This document shows, in pieces, positions 40,453-49,908 of a stretch of DNA of 64,000 nt (positions within the stretch are counted from its first letter, which is position 1; every line of letters starts with the position of its first letter). Source of the stretch: Bacteroidales bacterium. Lineage in GTDB: Bacteria > Bacteroidota > Bacteroidia > Bacteroidales > GCA-2748055. The position numbers and the translations under genes were made by a program. The stretch is taken from contig JAIPBT010000005.1 of NCBI GenBank assembly GCA_021738565.1, forward strand, positions 21,508-85,507, in the 5' to 3' direction. Below the pieces are notes generated by a model, which worked only from the letters and a program-made list of their open reading frames with translations, did not search any database and was not told the origin of the DNA.

Positions 40453-41765
40453 CACTACTGTCCCGTTTAAAAATTGGACAGTCTGGTTAAAAAGTTAATA
40501 ATTAATTTGTTACAAAGATATATTTTTTCAACGATTTGAAATTTACTTTTATGGCGAGATCGTAAAGATAATCGCCATGAATCACGGGAAAACAGTTTTT
40601 GCACAGCTTATGTCTATGATACCAGAATACGAATTCGATAAATGTGTTGCCAGATACAATGGGAACCATCGGGTTCGTAATTTCACTTGCCGTGATCATC
40701 TCTATGTTATGGGCTTCGCTCAGCTCACTCAAAGAGACAGTCTTCGTGATATTGAGAACTGCCTTAATGCAGTTTCCAATAAACTCTACCATTGTGGCAT
40801 AAGACATGCTGTTCCAAGAAACACTCTTGCCAAAGCTAACGAACTTCGCAACTGGAGAATATATGCTGATTTTGCCCGTGTGCTTGTAGATATTGCCCGC
40901 CCAATGTATCGGGCTGACAACAGTTTCAGGCTTGATATTGACAACCTTGTTTATGCTTTTGACAGTAGTACAATAACCCTGTGCCTGAAACTGTGCCCAT
41001 GGGCTACTTTCAGGAAAGGTAAAGGTGGTGTCAAAATGCATACTTTGCTGGATCTCAGGTGCAATCTCCCTGTCTATGTATACCTTACTGAGGCTTCCAT
41101 CCACGATGTCAGATTGTTGGACAAATTGTACATCGAGCCCGCTGCTATTTACGTGATGGATAAAGGGTACGTTGATTTTTACCGCCTGTTCAATCTTATC
41201 CATGCAAAAAGAGCGTTCTTCGTAACAAGGGCCAAGGACAACATGCAATTTGTGGTTGAAAGTTCTAGTCCTACCGATCTGGAAACAGGTGTAATAAGTG
41301 ATCAAATGATAAGACTGACAGGTTACAAATCTTCCAGGGAATACCCTGAACCCTTCAGTATGGTTATATATGAAGACTTCTCCACAAGTGTTGTTTACAG
41401 GTTTATAACCAATAATACTGAGTTCGACGCTCTTACTATCTCTGAGCTCTATAGGGAGCGTTGGCAGGTTGAGTTGTTCTATAAGTGGATTAAGCAGCAT
41501 CTTAAAATCAAATCTTTTTATGACACCAGCCAAAATGCTGTTTTTTGCCAAATCTGGATTGCGTTATGCATGTACCTTATCATCGCTATCGCTAAAAAAA
41601 GATATAAAATTGACCAATCATTATATTCATTCTCTCAATTATGTGGCATAACTCCTTTTGAGAAAGTGCCTCTAAATGAACTCTTTAGCAAAACATCAAT
41701 TCCCGTCCCAGTTGATGATTTTCCTAACTTGTTCAGTAACAACGATATTTAACGGGACACTAGTG
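40453..41765 (+). mobile_element. IS4-family insertion sequence (about 1.3 kb)
   Basis: Terminal inverted repeats: cactactgtcccgtttaa (40453-40470) and ttaacgggacactagtg (41749-41765). They bracket a single DDE transposase ORF. I found no clear target-site duplication. Confidence 0.8.
40577..41752 (+). CDS. IS4-family DDE transposase
   Basis: 391 aa. MNHGKTVFAQLMSMIPEYEFDKCVARYNGNHRVRNFTCRDH is a DUF4372-like N-terminus. YVMDKGYVDF and ERWQVELFYKWIKQHLKIK are typical DDE_Tnp_1 blocks. Confidence 0.9.
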   Translation: MNHGKTVFAQLMSMIPEYEFDKCVARYNGNHRVRNFTCRDHLYVMGFAQLTQRDSLRDIENCLNAVSNKLYHCGIRHAVPRNTLAKANELRNWRIYADFARVLVDIARPMYRADNSFRLDIDNLVYAFDSSTITLCLKLCPWATFRKGKGGVKMHTLLDLRCNLPVYVYLTEASIHDVRLLDKLYIEPAAIYVMDKGYVDFYRLFNLIHAKRAFFVTRAKDNMQFVVESSSPTDLETGVISDQMIRLTGYKSSREYPEPFSMVIYEDFSTSVVYRFITNNTEFDALTISELYRERWQVELFYKWIKQHLKIKSFYDTSQNAVFCQIWIALCMYLIIAIAKKRYKIDQSLYSFSQLCGITPFEKVPLNELFSKTSIPVPVDDFPNLFSNNDI

Positions 41766-41886
41766 ATATTCACTAATTAGTGGCTGAAAGAAAACTCATA
41801 CTTTTTAGCCGTGCTTGATAAGAAAACGTCAAGAGCAAGGCATGCGATGCCTGATAAACAGGAGTTTACTGATCGTAAATGACTGT

Positions 41887-41946
41887 TTTGAAGGCGAGCA
41901 TAACGCAGCTATTGGCGTTTTCTTGCAAGCACTAATTAATTTTGAT
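41887..41946. repeat. Dispersed repeat family C, copy 2
   Basis: See 13821-13905. The first 19 nt are identical, then aacgcagctattg and ttcttgcaagcacta. Confidence 0.6.
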
Positions 41947-42091
41947 AATCAACGAATTAGGTCTTTAGATCTCATGTTGGAGGAATGTAGACCTTGAAAC
42001 CGTTTTTGCTCATATTGTGATTTTATTTAAATAGATACAAATTGTAATTGTCGAATATAAGTTAAATTTACTGCTTTAAGATGCCCTTTTT

Positions 42092-44656
42092 ATGAAACTG
42101 AATCTCATCTTTTTTCTTGCAGCACTGGTCGTAGCATCCGGAATCTATGCCCAGGAAGATACTCTGAAAAGACTATACCTGGCCAATGATACCCATACCG
42201 ATCTGATGTGGAACGGAACTGAAGAACAATGGGCAAGGTGGACCATTGAGATGTCAGAATTCTATCTTCCATTTACTGAGCGAACAGCAAGCAAACCTGT
42301 GGATTCACAGGTCAAGTGGAACTACGATATGGCCTGGTGTCTTTATATTTTGGAGAACAAGACCGATCCTGAATTTTTTTCACGGGTGATTAACCAGATC
42401 AGGAACCAGCAAGGAAGTGTACCTTACAATTTCACTCTCTCTACATATGGGGGTTTTAAACCGGAAACAATTCTTCGAAGGTTCTATTACGGAGGTTACC
42501 TGGAGCGCAAATATGGAATTGGGATTGAAATGGCCAATGCCATAGAAAGCTCAGTCATTCCTCTCGGACTGGCCTCGCTATGGGCCGGAGCGGGTGCAAA
42601 ATACAGCTGGAAAGGTGTTTGCAACTGCGCCACCAAGATTGATGTAAAAGGGGACAGGGATCATGAGATCTACTGGTATACTGGCCTGGACGGCAGCCGG
42701 ATCCTGATGAAGTGGTATTCGATGTACGGACCGAATGCTGAACTGGGAGGATATTCTGAAACGCTTGATCCGAGACTGGCTATTAAGCAAATGGATGCTC
42801 TGTGTGGAAGCGAGCGCTACCCTTATAATATTGCGGGAGCCTTCAGTAAGGGATGGGACAATGGACGCAATTTCAGCATCGATTTCCATGCAATGATGAA
42901 AAGCCGTGCATTGCCGGGTACAAAAGTTTATATTTCAAATGAAGTTGATTTTTTCAGGGATTTCGAGGCCACCTACGGGGATATACTTCCTTCGGAAACC
43001 CTTGCTTATGGGAATGAATGGGACCTCTATCCTGCCTCACTTCCTGCTGCAACTTCCCAGATGCGTCGTTCTATGGAGAAATTAAGAACTGCAGAAGCAT
43101 TGGCAGCCATAGCCGATCGTGCGAAACCGGGAAGGTATGCTGACCTTAATAAACTTAAGGAAGAGTTCTATTATGGACTGAGTGTTTATGGATTACACGG
43201 ATGGACTGCTGATGGAACCTGGGTATCCCGGGATGAAGTCGCAAACTGGGCCAGGCAACAGCAGCATAAGGTCACTCTTTATGTGGACACCCTCCATGCA
43301 AGGGCACTAAATGATTTAGGAAGTCTTATTCCTGCCGGTCATTCTAAACACCGGTATTTCGTTTTTAACAGCCTGAATTATGAACGAAAGGGGTTTGTTG
43401 AAATCAGTAATCTTCCCGACAAGCCCGGTTTAATGAAAAACCTGACCACCGGGGAATTGAATGAAATCTATATTACTAAACCTGAAAATGAGAATTTTCG
43501 AACAGGAACCTTCATGTCAGGAGAGATTCCCGGTACCGGGTACCAGGTATATGAATGGGTAGAGGATACAAGGACGGCTGCTGAAGTCAGAGAACCGTTT
43601 ACAGTGGAAAGGAACCGGATCGTGACACCGTACTATATAATTACCATTACACCTGACGGAGCCATCACATCACTGAAAGAAAAGAAAACCAACAAGGAAT
43701 GGGTAGCTTCAGTACTGAATCAGTTTGGACCGGGAAAAACAGCAGGGACGGGAGATTCATACATCTCCGAGAATACTATTGAAGAGGATCAGATCCGTGT
43801 GGTTCTGGAGACCGATGAAGTACTTGAAATTAAGTGTGAATCCTCAGAACCCTTAGAGCATGTTACCCTGATCCGGCTCTATGCCACAAACCCCAGGATC
43901 GATATTGAAAACACCATAACTGAGAACTTCCCGGATCCGCTGTACTGCAAATTTGACCTGGATGTTGATCTCCCGGAAGTCTGGCACGAAGAGGTGGGTG
44001 CGGTCATCAAGGCCAAGTTGCACTCCAACGGTGGTCATTATGCTGAGAGAAAGGCTCGATATGACCACCTCTCATTCAACCATTTTGTCTGGGTAGGGAA
44101 CCAGACCGGGGGTATGGTGATCTCCAACAGGGATTGTCAATTTTTCAAACTGGGTGAAAGTGAGCCTTCATACCTGGATGAATCATCATCCACGATCCAT
44201 GCCCTTGTTGGTGGCATGGTGGATGATAATCTGGGAATCTACAGTCAGGGAGGAGACAGCCTCTTTTATGTGAATTTCGGGCTTCGACCCTTCTCAGGCG
44301 GGTTTAATCAGACCAAAGCCATGAAGTTCGCACTGGACCAGCAGAATCCGCTGGTGGCAGGTAAAGTCTCCGGTGAAAGAAGAGCACCATTCCAGGAAGA
44401 ACATTATACCATGCTTACCGTTTCAGATCCGGATATCCTGTTATGGGCTGCAAAACCTGGTGAGGAGGGCGGTACCGTTTTGCGCTTCTGGAACATGGGC
44501 GGTTACGGGGATGTCCTGATCCGGCTTAACACGAAACCTGTTTCTGCTTACCGTGCCACACATGTTGAAACCCTTCTGCATCCCATGGAAATAAAGGATT
44601 ATGGTTTTAGCACTTTCTTCAGGCAGCAGCAGATGTCTACCTTCTGGTTCGATTAG
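42092..44656 (+). CDS. Exported GH38-like alpha-mannosidase-type protein
   Basis: 854 aa with a signal peptide. LANDTHTDLMWN resembles the N-terminal metal-binding HxHxDxxW block of GH38. The size fits. Confidence 0.5.
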   Translation: MKLNLIFFLAALVVASGIYAQEDTLKRLYLANDTHTDLMWNGTEEQWARWTIEMSEFYLPFTERTASKPVDSQVKWNYDMAWCLYILENKTDPEFFSRVINQIRNQQGSVPYNFTLSTYGGFKPETILRRFYYGGYLERKYGIGIEMANAIESSVIPLGLASLWAGAGAKYSWKGVCNCATKIDVKGDRDHEIYWYTGLDGSRILMKWYSMYGPNAELGGYSETLDPRLAIKQMDALCGSERYPYNIAGAFSKGWDNGRNFSIDFHAMMKSRALPGTKVYISNEVDFFRDFEATYGDILPSETLAYGNEWDLYPASLPAATSQMRRSMEKLRTAEALAAIADRAKPGRYADLNKLKEEFYYGLSVYGLHGWTADGTWVSRDEVANWARQQQHKVTLYVDTLHARALNDLGSLIPAGHSKHRYFVFNSLNYERKGFVEISNLPDKPGLMKNLTTGELNEIYITKPENENFRTGTFMSGEIPGTGYQVYEWVEDTRTAAEVREPFTVERNRIVTPYYIITITPDGAITSLKEKKTNKEWVASVLNQFGPGKTAGTGDSYISENTIEEDQIRVVLETDEVLEIKCESSEPLEHVTLIRLYATNPRIDIENTITENFPDPLYCKFDLDVDLPEVWHEEVGAVIKAKLHSNGGHYAERKARYDHLSFNHFVWVGNQTGGMVISNRDCQFFKLGESEPSYLDESSSTIHALVGGMVDDNLGIYSQGGDSLFYVNFGLRPFSGGFNQTKAMKFALDQQNPLVAGKVSGERRAPFQEEHYTMLTVSDPDILLWAAKPGEEGGTVLRFWNMGGYGDVLIRLNTKPVSAYRATHVETLLHPMEIKDYGFSTFFRQQQMSTFWFD

Positions 44657-44762
44657 CTTAATCTATATAGCCATGGAATAGCTTGACAATTCAAAACCTA
44701 TTAGACACTTTTTAAAATTTTAGAAGAATGACAGCTAAAATTTCAACCAACTTTTTATATCA

Positions 44763-44882
44763 AATTCAGGTGGGGAAACTGTCACAAAATTTCCGAAGAA
44801 AAATTTCTTGATGAATTTTGAAAAGAAAAACAATTGTAGATATAGGATATAGTTTAAACCAACAGTATCCTATATAGAGAAG
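44763..44882 (+). promoter_or_regulatory. Conserved upstream element R2 (homolog of R1)
   Basis: caggtggggaaactgtcacaaaatttcc...caattgtagatataggatatagtttaaaccaacagtatcctatat aligns with 24575-24692. It has a perfect 8-bp inverted repeat, ataggata (44842-44849) / tatcctat (44866-44873). Confidence 0.4.
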
Positions 44883-45122
44883 GCTGCAAAAGCGTAATTT
44901 AAACTATAATACCTGAATTGAAGCTCGAGTGAAATCAATATATAAAAAGGTAAGAATTAGTTTATTAATCCTACTCTGGGCTAGAGGATTTCCCGGCATT
45001 TATACTCAAAAAATTGTTGTTGGTGTTATGGCAGATAATAGCAATAAGCCGATTGCGGCTATTCAAGGTAAGTTGTAAGAATAATCCTCAGGGAGTTCTA
45101 CCTCTTCATTACATTTGTTAGA

Positions 45123-46199
45123 ATGGTTAAAATAAAATATATTAATCGCATGATGAGAAAAATCTGTTTATCCTTAATCGCACTGTTTTTTATGTTTGGC
45201 GGCAACTGTCAAACTATTGAAGCACTTGTTAAAGATCTGCCTCCTTATTTTTCTATTCTTACAACCTGGGGATTACGCCCTGAGTGGGATGAAACATCAG
45301 AAAACATCTATTTTCTCAACAAATTGGTGGGAGATGTTTTTAAAATCAATGTTCAGACAAGGGAAATCACCTGTGTCACAAAAGGATTTTACCATGCCGG
45401 AATATTCCGGGTGCTGTGCCTGAAAAACGGAGACTTACTATTGGGAATAGGTGGTAAGGATTTTGATCCTGCTGAACCTGAAAAGCACAGACATAACCTC
45501 GAAATGTACCTTCTTAAAAAGGACGATCTCAAGAACCCAATTTCACTGGGAGAACATTTTGATGAAGGGCCTGCTGTTTCGCGCAATAATATGAAAATTG
45601 CGTGGACGCTCCATGGTCAGAGGGAAATTAAAATGGCCGACATCATTTATAACGATGGAATTCCGGAACTGGTGAATAAAAAAACCATTGTAGATTATAA
45701 CGATTCAAGTGCTAATGTCCGGCTGGAAACTCAGGATTTCAGGCCGCCCAATGACGATGAACTGATTTATACGCATTACTGGGGAGATGCCAACGATGCT
45801 TTTCATCATTCACAAACCTATGGTTACAACATCAAAACCGGAGTTACCACCGATTATACACATTTACCCAACAGTTACAACGAAGCCGAAGGTATTTACC
45901 CGAACGGAGAATTCACATTGATTGAAAGTGACCGGCATCAGCCAATGGAATTAAGAAACCAGTATAAACTGGATGTGTATAAGCTCAACCTGGATGGTAG
46001 CGGTGCGGCAGAAAGACTTGCTGATTTCTCATCACGCTACCCTGGTAAAATTCGTTCCGATAATCCCGTTGTAGACCCTACCGGTAAATATATTGCCCTG
46101 CAGTTTGGTTTTATGAAAGGAGCCGGTGACGGACAGGGAATATTCCTGTTCGATATCGAAAAATATGAAGATTCGAAAAAGCATGATTGTGAAAAATAA
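45123..46199 (+). CDS. Exported beta-propeller protein (TolB-like), unknown function
   Basis: 358 aa. The signal probably starts at MMRKICLSLIALFFMF (45150). Repeated strand patterns are present, for example DPTGKYIALQF. Confidence 0.55.
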   Translation: MVKIKYINRMMRKICLSLIALFFMFGGNCQTIEALVKDLPPYFSILTTWGLRPEWDETSENIYFLNKLVGDVFKINVQTREITCVTKGFYHAGIFRVLCLKNGDLLLGIGGKDFDPAEPEKHRHNLEMYLLKKDDLKNPISLGEHFDEGPAVSRNNMKIAWTLHGQREIKMADIIYNDGIPELVNKKTIVDYNDSSANVRLETQDFRPPNDDELIYTHYWGDANDAFHHSQTYGYNIKTGVTTDYTHLPNSYNEAEGIYPNGEFTLIESDRHQPMELRNQYKLDVYKLNLDGSGAAERLADFSSRYPGKIRSDNPVVDPTGKYIALQFGFMKGAGDGQGIFLFDIEKYEDSKKHDCEK

Positions 46200-46291
46200 A
46201 AACTTAATCCTCCATTTTTTAGGCAATAGAGTTTTAAAATGTGTGGTCTCACAATTGTCAAATATTGTCCATTGAACCAAATATTAAAAAT

Positions 46292-48715
46292 ATGAGTTTT
46301 ATGAGAGTGGTTACCATAATTGTGTTTCTGATTCACCCTTTATCCGGTTTTTTTACCTCTTATTCACAGTCAGATTTTCAGGATCATTTATTACCCAAAA
46401 TAAAGCATGTTTCAGCAATAGCACATGATGTAATTTGTGTTGAGATAGATGAAGGCCGTTTACTTCCGATAATCCAAATACCATATCATGCCGAACCATC
46501 GGATGTAATAACCATAAATAGCAGAACACCGCTTGGCGAACCACGGTCGGTGAGTGTTGAACGAAACGGAGCACACCTTGGATCGCTTGTGGGAAAAGAC
46601 CGCAAAACCCTTGTTATACTTGAACGGGTTGTTGGGGAGCATTTGGATTCTTCAGCGGCAGACCTAAGTTCCAGCTATACGATTAGTACTTTTGGACATA
46701 GCAAATATGACAGAACTATCTCTCCTCTAAAAGTATGGCGAAAAACAAAACCCACCAATTGGGCAATTGATACCGGATGGCCCGGGAAGGCTTATACAGC
46801 CAGACATTATATATACTTAAAATTGCCCGATTCGCTTAAGATTGGAGAATCATATCTGTTGCAGTTTCCAGGATTAAACCTCAAAAATAATAATGTTCAC
46901 TACACCCACGATCCAGCAAACAAAAGAAGTGAAGCAGTGCACGTTTCCCAAATTGGTTTCCGCACTGATGATCCTTACAAGTGTGCCTACCTCTCTACCT
47001 GGATGGGAACAGGAGGGGGCTACGTTTATCCTGAAAATATTGAGTTTTCAATCATTGAAAACAATTCCAATAAGTGCCTGTTTTCAGGTAAAGGGGTAAT
47101 GCAATGGAAAGGTGATGTCCCGGAAGGAATAGGGTCAAAAGTTAATCATAGTAAGTCAGATGTCATCCGGCTTGATTTCAGTGCTTTTAACACACCAGGC
47201 CGCTATCGGTTGTATGTGGAAGGAATTGGCTGTAGTTATTCGTTCAATATTGGTAAGGAGGACACATGGAAACATGCCTTCCTGACTTCACTTAAAGGAC
47301 TTTATGTCCATCGAAGTGGAATAGCCATGGGGCCACCATATTCTGATTTTGTGCGTCCAAGAAGTTTTCATCCAGATGATGGAGTGGTAGTTTTTCAGTC
47401 AACATGCCCTTTGTTAAACAGCGGAAACGGGCTGAATGCCTTGGGTACTGATAAGAACAACTTTGATAATTTATGTGCCGGGATAACCGACATTTCAGTG
47501 GATAATGCCTGGGGAGGATTGATGGATGCCGGTGACTGGGACAGACGAATACAACATCTTGATGTTTCCCGGCTTTTGCTTGAATTGATGTTATTAAGTC
47601 CCAATTACTTCATGAACGTTTCCCTCAATATTCCTGAATCAAACAATGAATTGCCTGATATACTGGATGAAGCGCTTTATGGCCTTGATGTTTATCGCCG
47701 GCTTCAGTTACCAGACGGTGGTATTCGCGGAGGAATTGAATCTTCGGAACATCCTGCCGGGGATATCTCCTGGCATGATCAGTTAACCAATATGGCCTAT
47801 GCTGCCGACCACTGGTCAGGATTTATTTATGCAGGAGTGGCAGCACGGGCAGCCTTCGTTCTGAAAATGCTCGGGGAACATCAAAAAGCACAAGTCTGGG
47901 AAAAAAGCTCAGTAAAGGCGATGGAGTGGTCGGAGCTGGAGTATCAAAAATGGATAGGGGATAAAGGTTATGAAAATATAATGGAACGGGCAAAAAAAGA
48001 AGTGCCATTGGAAAGAAACCTTGCCGCAGCTGAACTTTACCGTTTGACCGAAAACACCAAATGGCATGAAATTTATTTTAAAAGTCAAAACTTTCAAAAC
48101 AACAGCACCAGCGCAGCTTTTGTTTACGCAACATTGAATAAATCCCTGGCTGAAGAAAAGGTGCAACAGGCAGCAATAGACCATATTATAAAAGAGGCTG
48201 ACCTGCTGGTTGAACTTTCGGGGAAAAGTGCATATGGAATCACAACTGCAGTTCCCGGCAAAGCATTGGGTGGTTGGGCAGCCACCTATTCAATACCTGC
48301 TTCAAGAACTTTGGTTAGGGCTCATTACCTTTCAGGGGAAAGTGAATACCTGAAAACCATTATACGTTCTACCCTCTTTTCTGCGGGTGCAAATCCAATG
48401 AATTTGGTTTTAACAACAGGTTTAGGTGAGAATCCGGTCATCCATCCGCTGCACATTGACTCCAGGTTTACAGGACAGCCTGCACCTGTCGGAATTACTG
48501 TTTGTGGACCTTGCGAAATTCCGGTATTTGGTACAACAAATAATGTGCATGGAATTAGGGTAAGCAGGGAATGTGTTCCTGCTTCTCTTCAATGGCCCTC
48601 AGCCGAATCATACTTTGATGTTTACCGCTGGGCCTCGATGAATGAATACACAGTAGATAATACGATGGGGCCCTCAGCATACATCTGGGGATATTTAGCA
48701 TCCAGAAAATTCTAA
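46292..48715 (+). CDS. GH9-family glycoside hydrolase with N-terminal Ig-like domain
   Basis: Trimmed to MSFMRVVTIIVFLIHPLSG. GGLMDAGDWDRR matches the GH9 DAGD motif. The (alpha/alpha)6-sized C-terminal half includes NPMNLVLTTGLGENP. Confidence 0.65.
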   Translation: MSFMRVVTIIVFLIHPLSGFFTSYSQSDFQDHLLPKIKHVSAIAHDVICVEIDEGRLLPIIQIPYHAEPSDVITINSRTPLGEPRSVSVERNGAHLGSLVGKDRKTLVILERVVGEHLDSSAADLSSSYTISTFGHSKYDRTISPLKVWRKTKPTNWAIDTGWPGKAYTARHYIYLKLPDSLKIGESYLLQFPGLNLKNNNVHYTHDPANKRSEAVHVSQIGFRTDDPYKCAYLSTWMGTGGGYVYPENIEFSIIENNSNKCLFSGKGVMQWKGDVPEGIGSKVNHSKSDVIRLDFSAFNTPGRYRLYVEGIGCSYSFNIGKEDTWKHAFLTSLKGLYVHRSGIAMGPPYSDFVRPRSFHPDDGVVVFQSTCPLLNSGNGLNALGTDKNNFDNLCAGITDISVDNAWGGLMDAGDWDRRIQHLDVSRLLLELMLLSPNYFMNVSLNIPESNNELPDILDEALYGLDVYRRLQLPDGGIRGGIESSEHPAGDISWHDQLTNMAYAADHWSGFIYAGVAARAAFVLKMLGEHQKAQVWEKSSVKAMEWSELEYQKWIGDKGYENIMERAKKEVPLERNLAAAELYRLTENTKWHEIYFKSQNFQNNSTSAAFVYATLNKSLAEEKVQQAAIDHIIKEADLLVELSGKSAYGITTAVPGKALGGWAATYSIPASRTLVRAHYLSGESEYLKTIIRSTLFSAGANPMNLVLTTGLGENPVIHPLHIDSRFTGQPAPVGITVCGPCEIPVFGTTNNVHGIRVSRECVPASLQWPSAESYFDVYRWASMNEYTVDNTMGPSAYIWGYLASRKF

Positions 48716-49020
48716 AAGTAAAACCTCAGGTGCTTCCTATGCAGTTAGAGTGGAAAATGATTTGAACAAATCGCTGCATATAATTATAAGATCCTTTCTA
48801 TAAATTGTAATTATCTAAATTGCAGGAAAATAACCAGGAAAAATTTAGTATGAAACCCTCATGTAACGGCGATCACAACAGAACATGTATAAATTATGAG
48901 GGTTCCACAGAATAAGCCTTAATGTAGGATTATCCTTCTAAAGACAAACCAGCGACAAAAAAAGGCCTATGTACTAAAACATAGGCCCTTATAATTTTTA
49001 ACGAGATATCAACCCAGGGG

Positions 49021-49224
49021 TTAAATCAACATCACCACCAAGCCTTCAGCAGTCTTCTCCACCTTGACGAGGTTGTGTTTCCGAAGCCCTTTTATAGCTA
49101 TATCCCACTTCTTGTTGCTCAGCCCGGTCTGGGCTTTGAGCTCGTTTAGATCGATTGGAGATTGTTCTTTCAGAAGGTTTAGTACCAGCTGTTCTTCTTC
49201 GGTGAGGTCTAATTCCGCTTTTCC
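49021..49224 (-). pseudogene. Winged-helix protein C-terminal remnant without a start codon
   Basis: The minus-strand frame reads ...AELDLTEEEQLVLNLLKEQSPIDLNELKAQTGLSNKKWDIAIKGLRKHNLVKVEKTAEGLVVMLI*. Upstream the frame runs into the GC-rich hairpin cluster with no ATG/GTG/TTG. Confidence 0.3.
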
Positions 49225-49460
49225 TCCGCCATAGCGGAGGGCGGCAGGTTGGGTGTCGGGGTGTGCGTCTGACCCCGGATCTGCGATCCCGGGTTACTAT
49301 CTGTGATCCCTCCCGGGATCAGTGCCTTCCGTCTCTCTGTCCGCCAAATCCGCCTTGGCGGAGAAGGAGGACCCATCGCCCTACTCGCCCGCTGAAGCTT
49401 CAGCGAAGGCGGGTCTCCCCCTCACCTCGTCTCCCCGCCTCTCGTCCTTCGGACGCATCT
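49225..49460. repeat. Cluster of about 6 different GC-rich hairpins (REP/BIME-like)
   Basis: cctccgccatagcggagg, tgatccctcccgggatca, tccgccttggcgga, cgctgaagcttcagcg (perfect 16-nt palindrome), cgtccttcggacg. ccttggcgRaRgg also occurs at 61559-61573 and 63768-63782. Confidence 0.6.
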
Positions 49461-49545
49461 GCGGGAAGTATGGAACATTCAGGGATTGGAAAACTCGGTT
49501 AAACTGACAACCTAATAACAAAGTAAGGTGATCAGTTTGACCATA

Positions 49546-49787
49546 CTCTCCCCCAAATCCTGGCAACAAACTGGCACCAAAGAAAAAACCACGAACCAGC
49601 GACCCCCTGATTATGAGTGTCCTTTTTTTGATATGTTATCCACTTCCAAAAAGGTGAGTATTTTGAGTTATCTTCAACATTAACAGGGGCATATGTAATT
49701 AAACCATTCAAATCAACTACAAATTATATGTAAAATATTACACTGGTTTAAATGGCTTTGTTGGGATGTTGGCGAAAAAACTGGCAC
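49546..49787. repeat. Junction J2: F arm (49546-49588) + 27-nt tRNA-Met core copy (49592-49618) + B arm (49728-49787)
   Basis: cgaaccagcgaccccctgattatgagt is identical to 61334-61360 of the tRNA gene. The F arm is ctctcccccaaatcctggcaacaaactggcaccaaagaaaa. The B arm is atgtaaaatattacactggtttaaatggctttgttgggatgttggcgaaaaaactggcac. Confidence 0.8.
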
Positions 49788-49908
49788 CTTATACTTCTAC
49801 AGAAAATATGTTCGATCTTTGAGATAATACATGTATTTTGTTTAATTCATGTATTTCGCTACATGTAATTAAAATTATTCATGTATCTTTGTGTTGTATA
49901 TTTAAATC

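Noticed and set aside
40502-41551. 349-aa ORF on the minus strand
   Set aside because: It lies entirely antisense to the IS4 transposase gene, which has clear DDE-family motifs. Its sequence shows no recognisable features. Long antisense ORFs of this kind are common artefacts.
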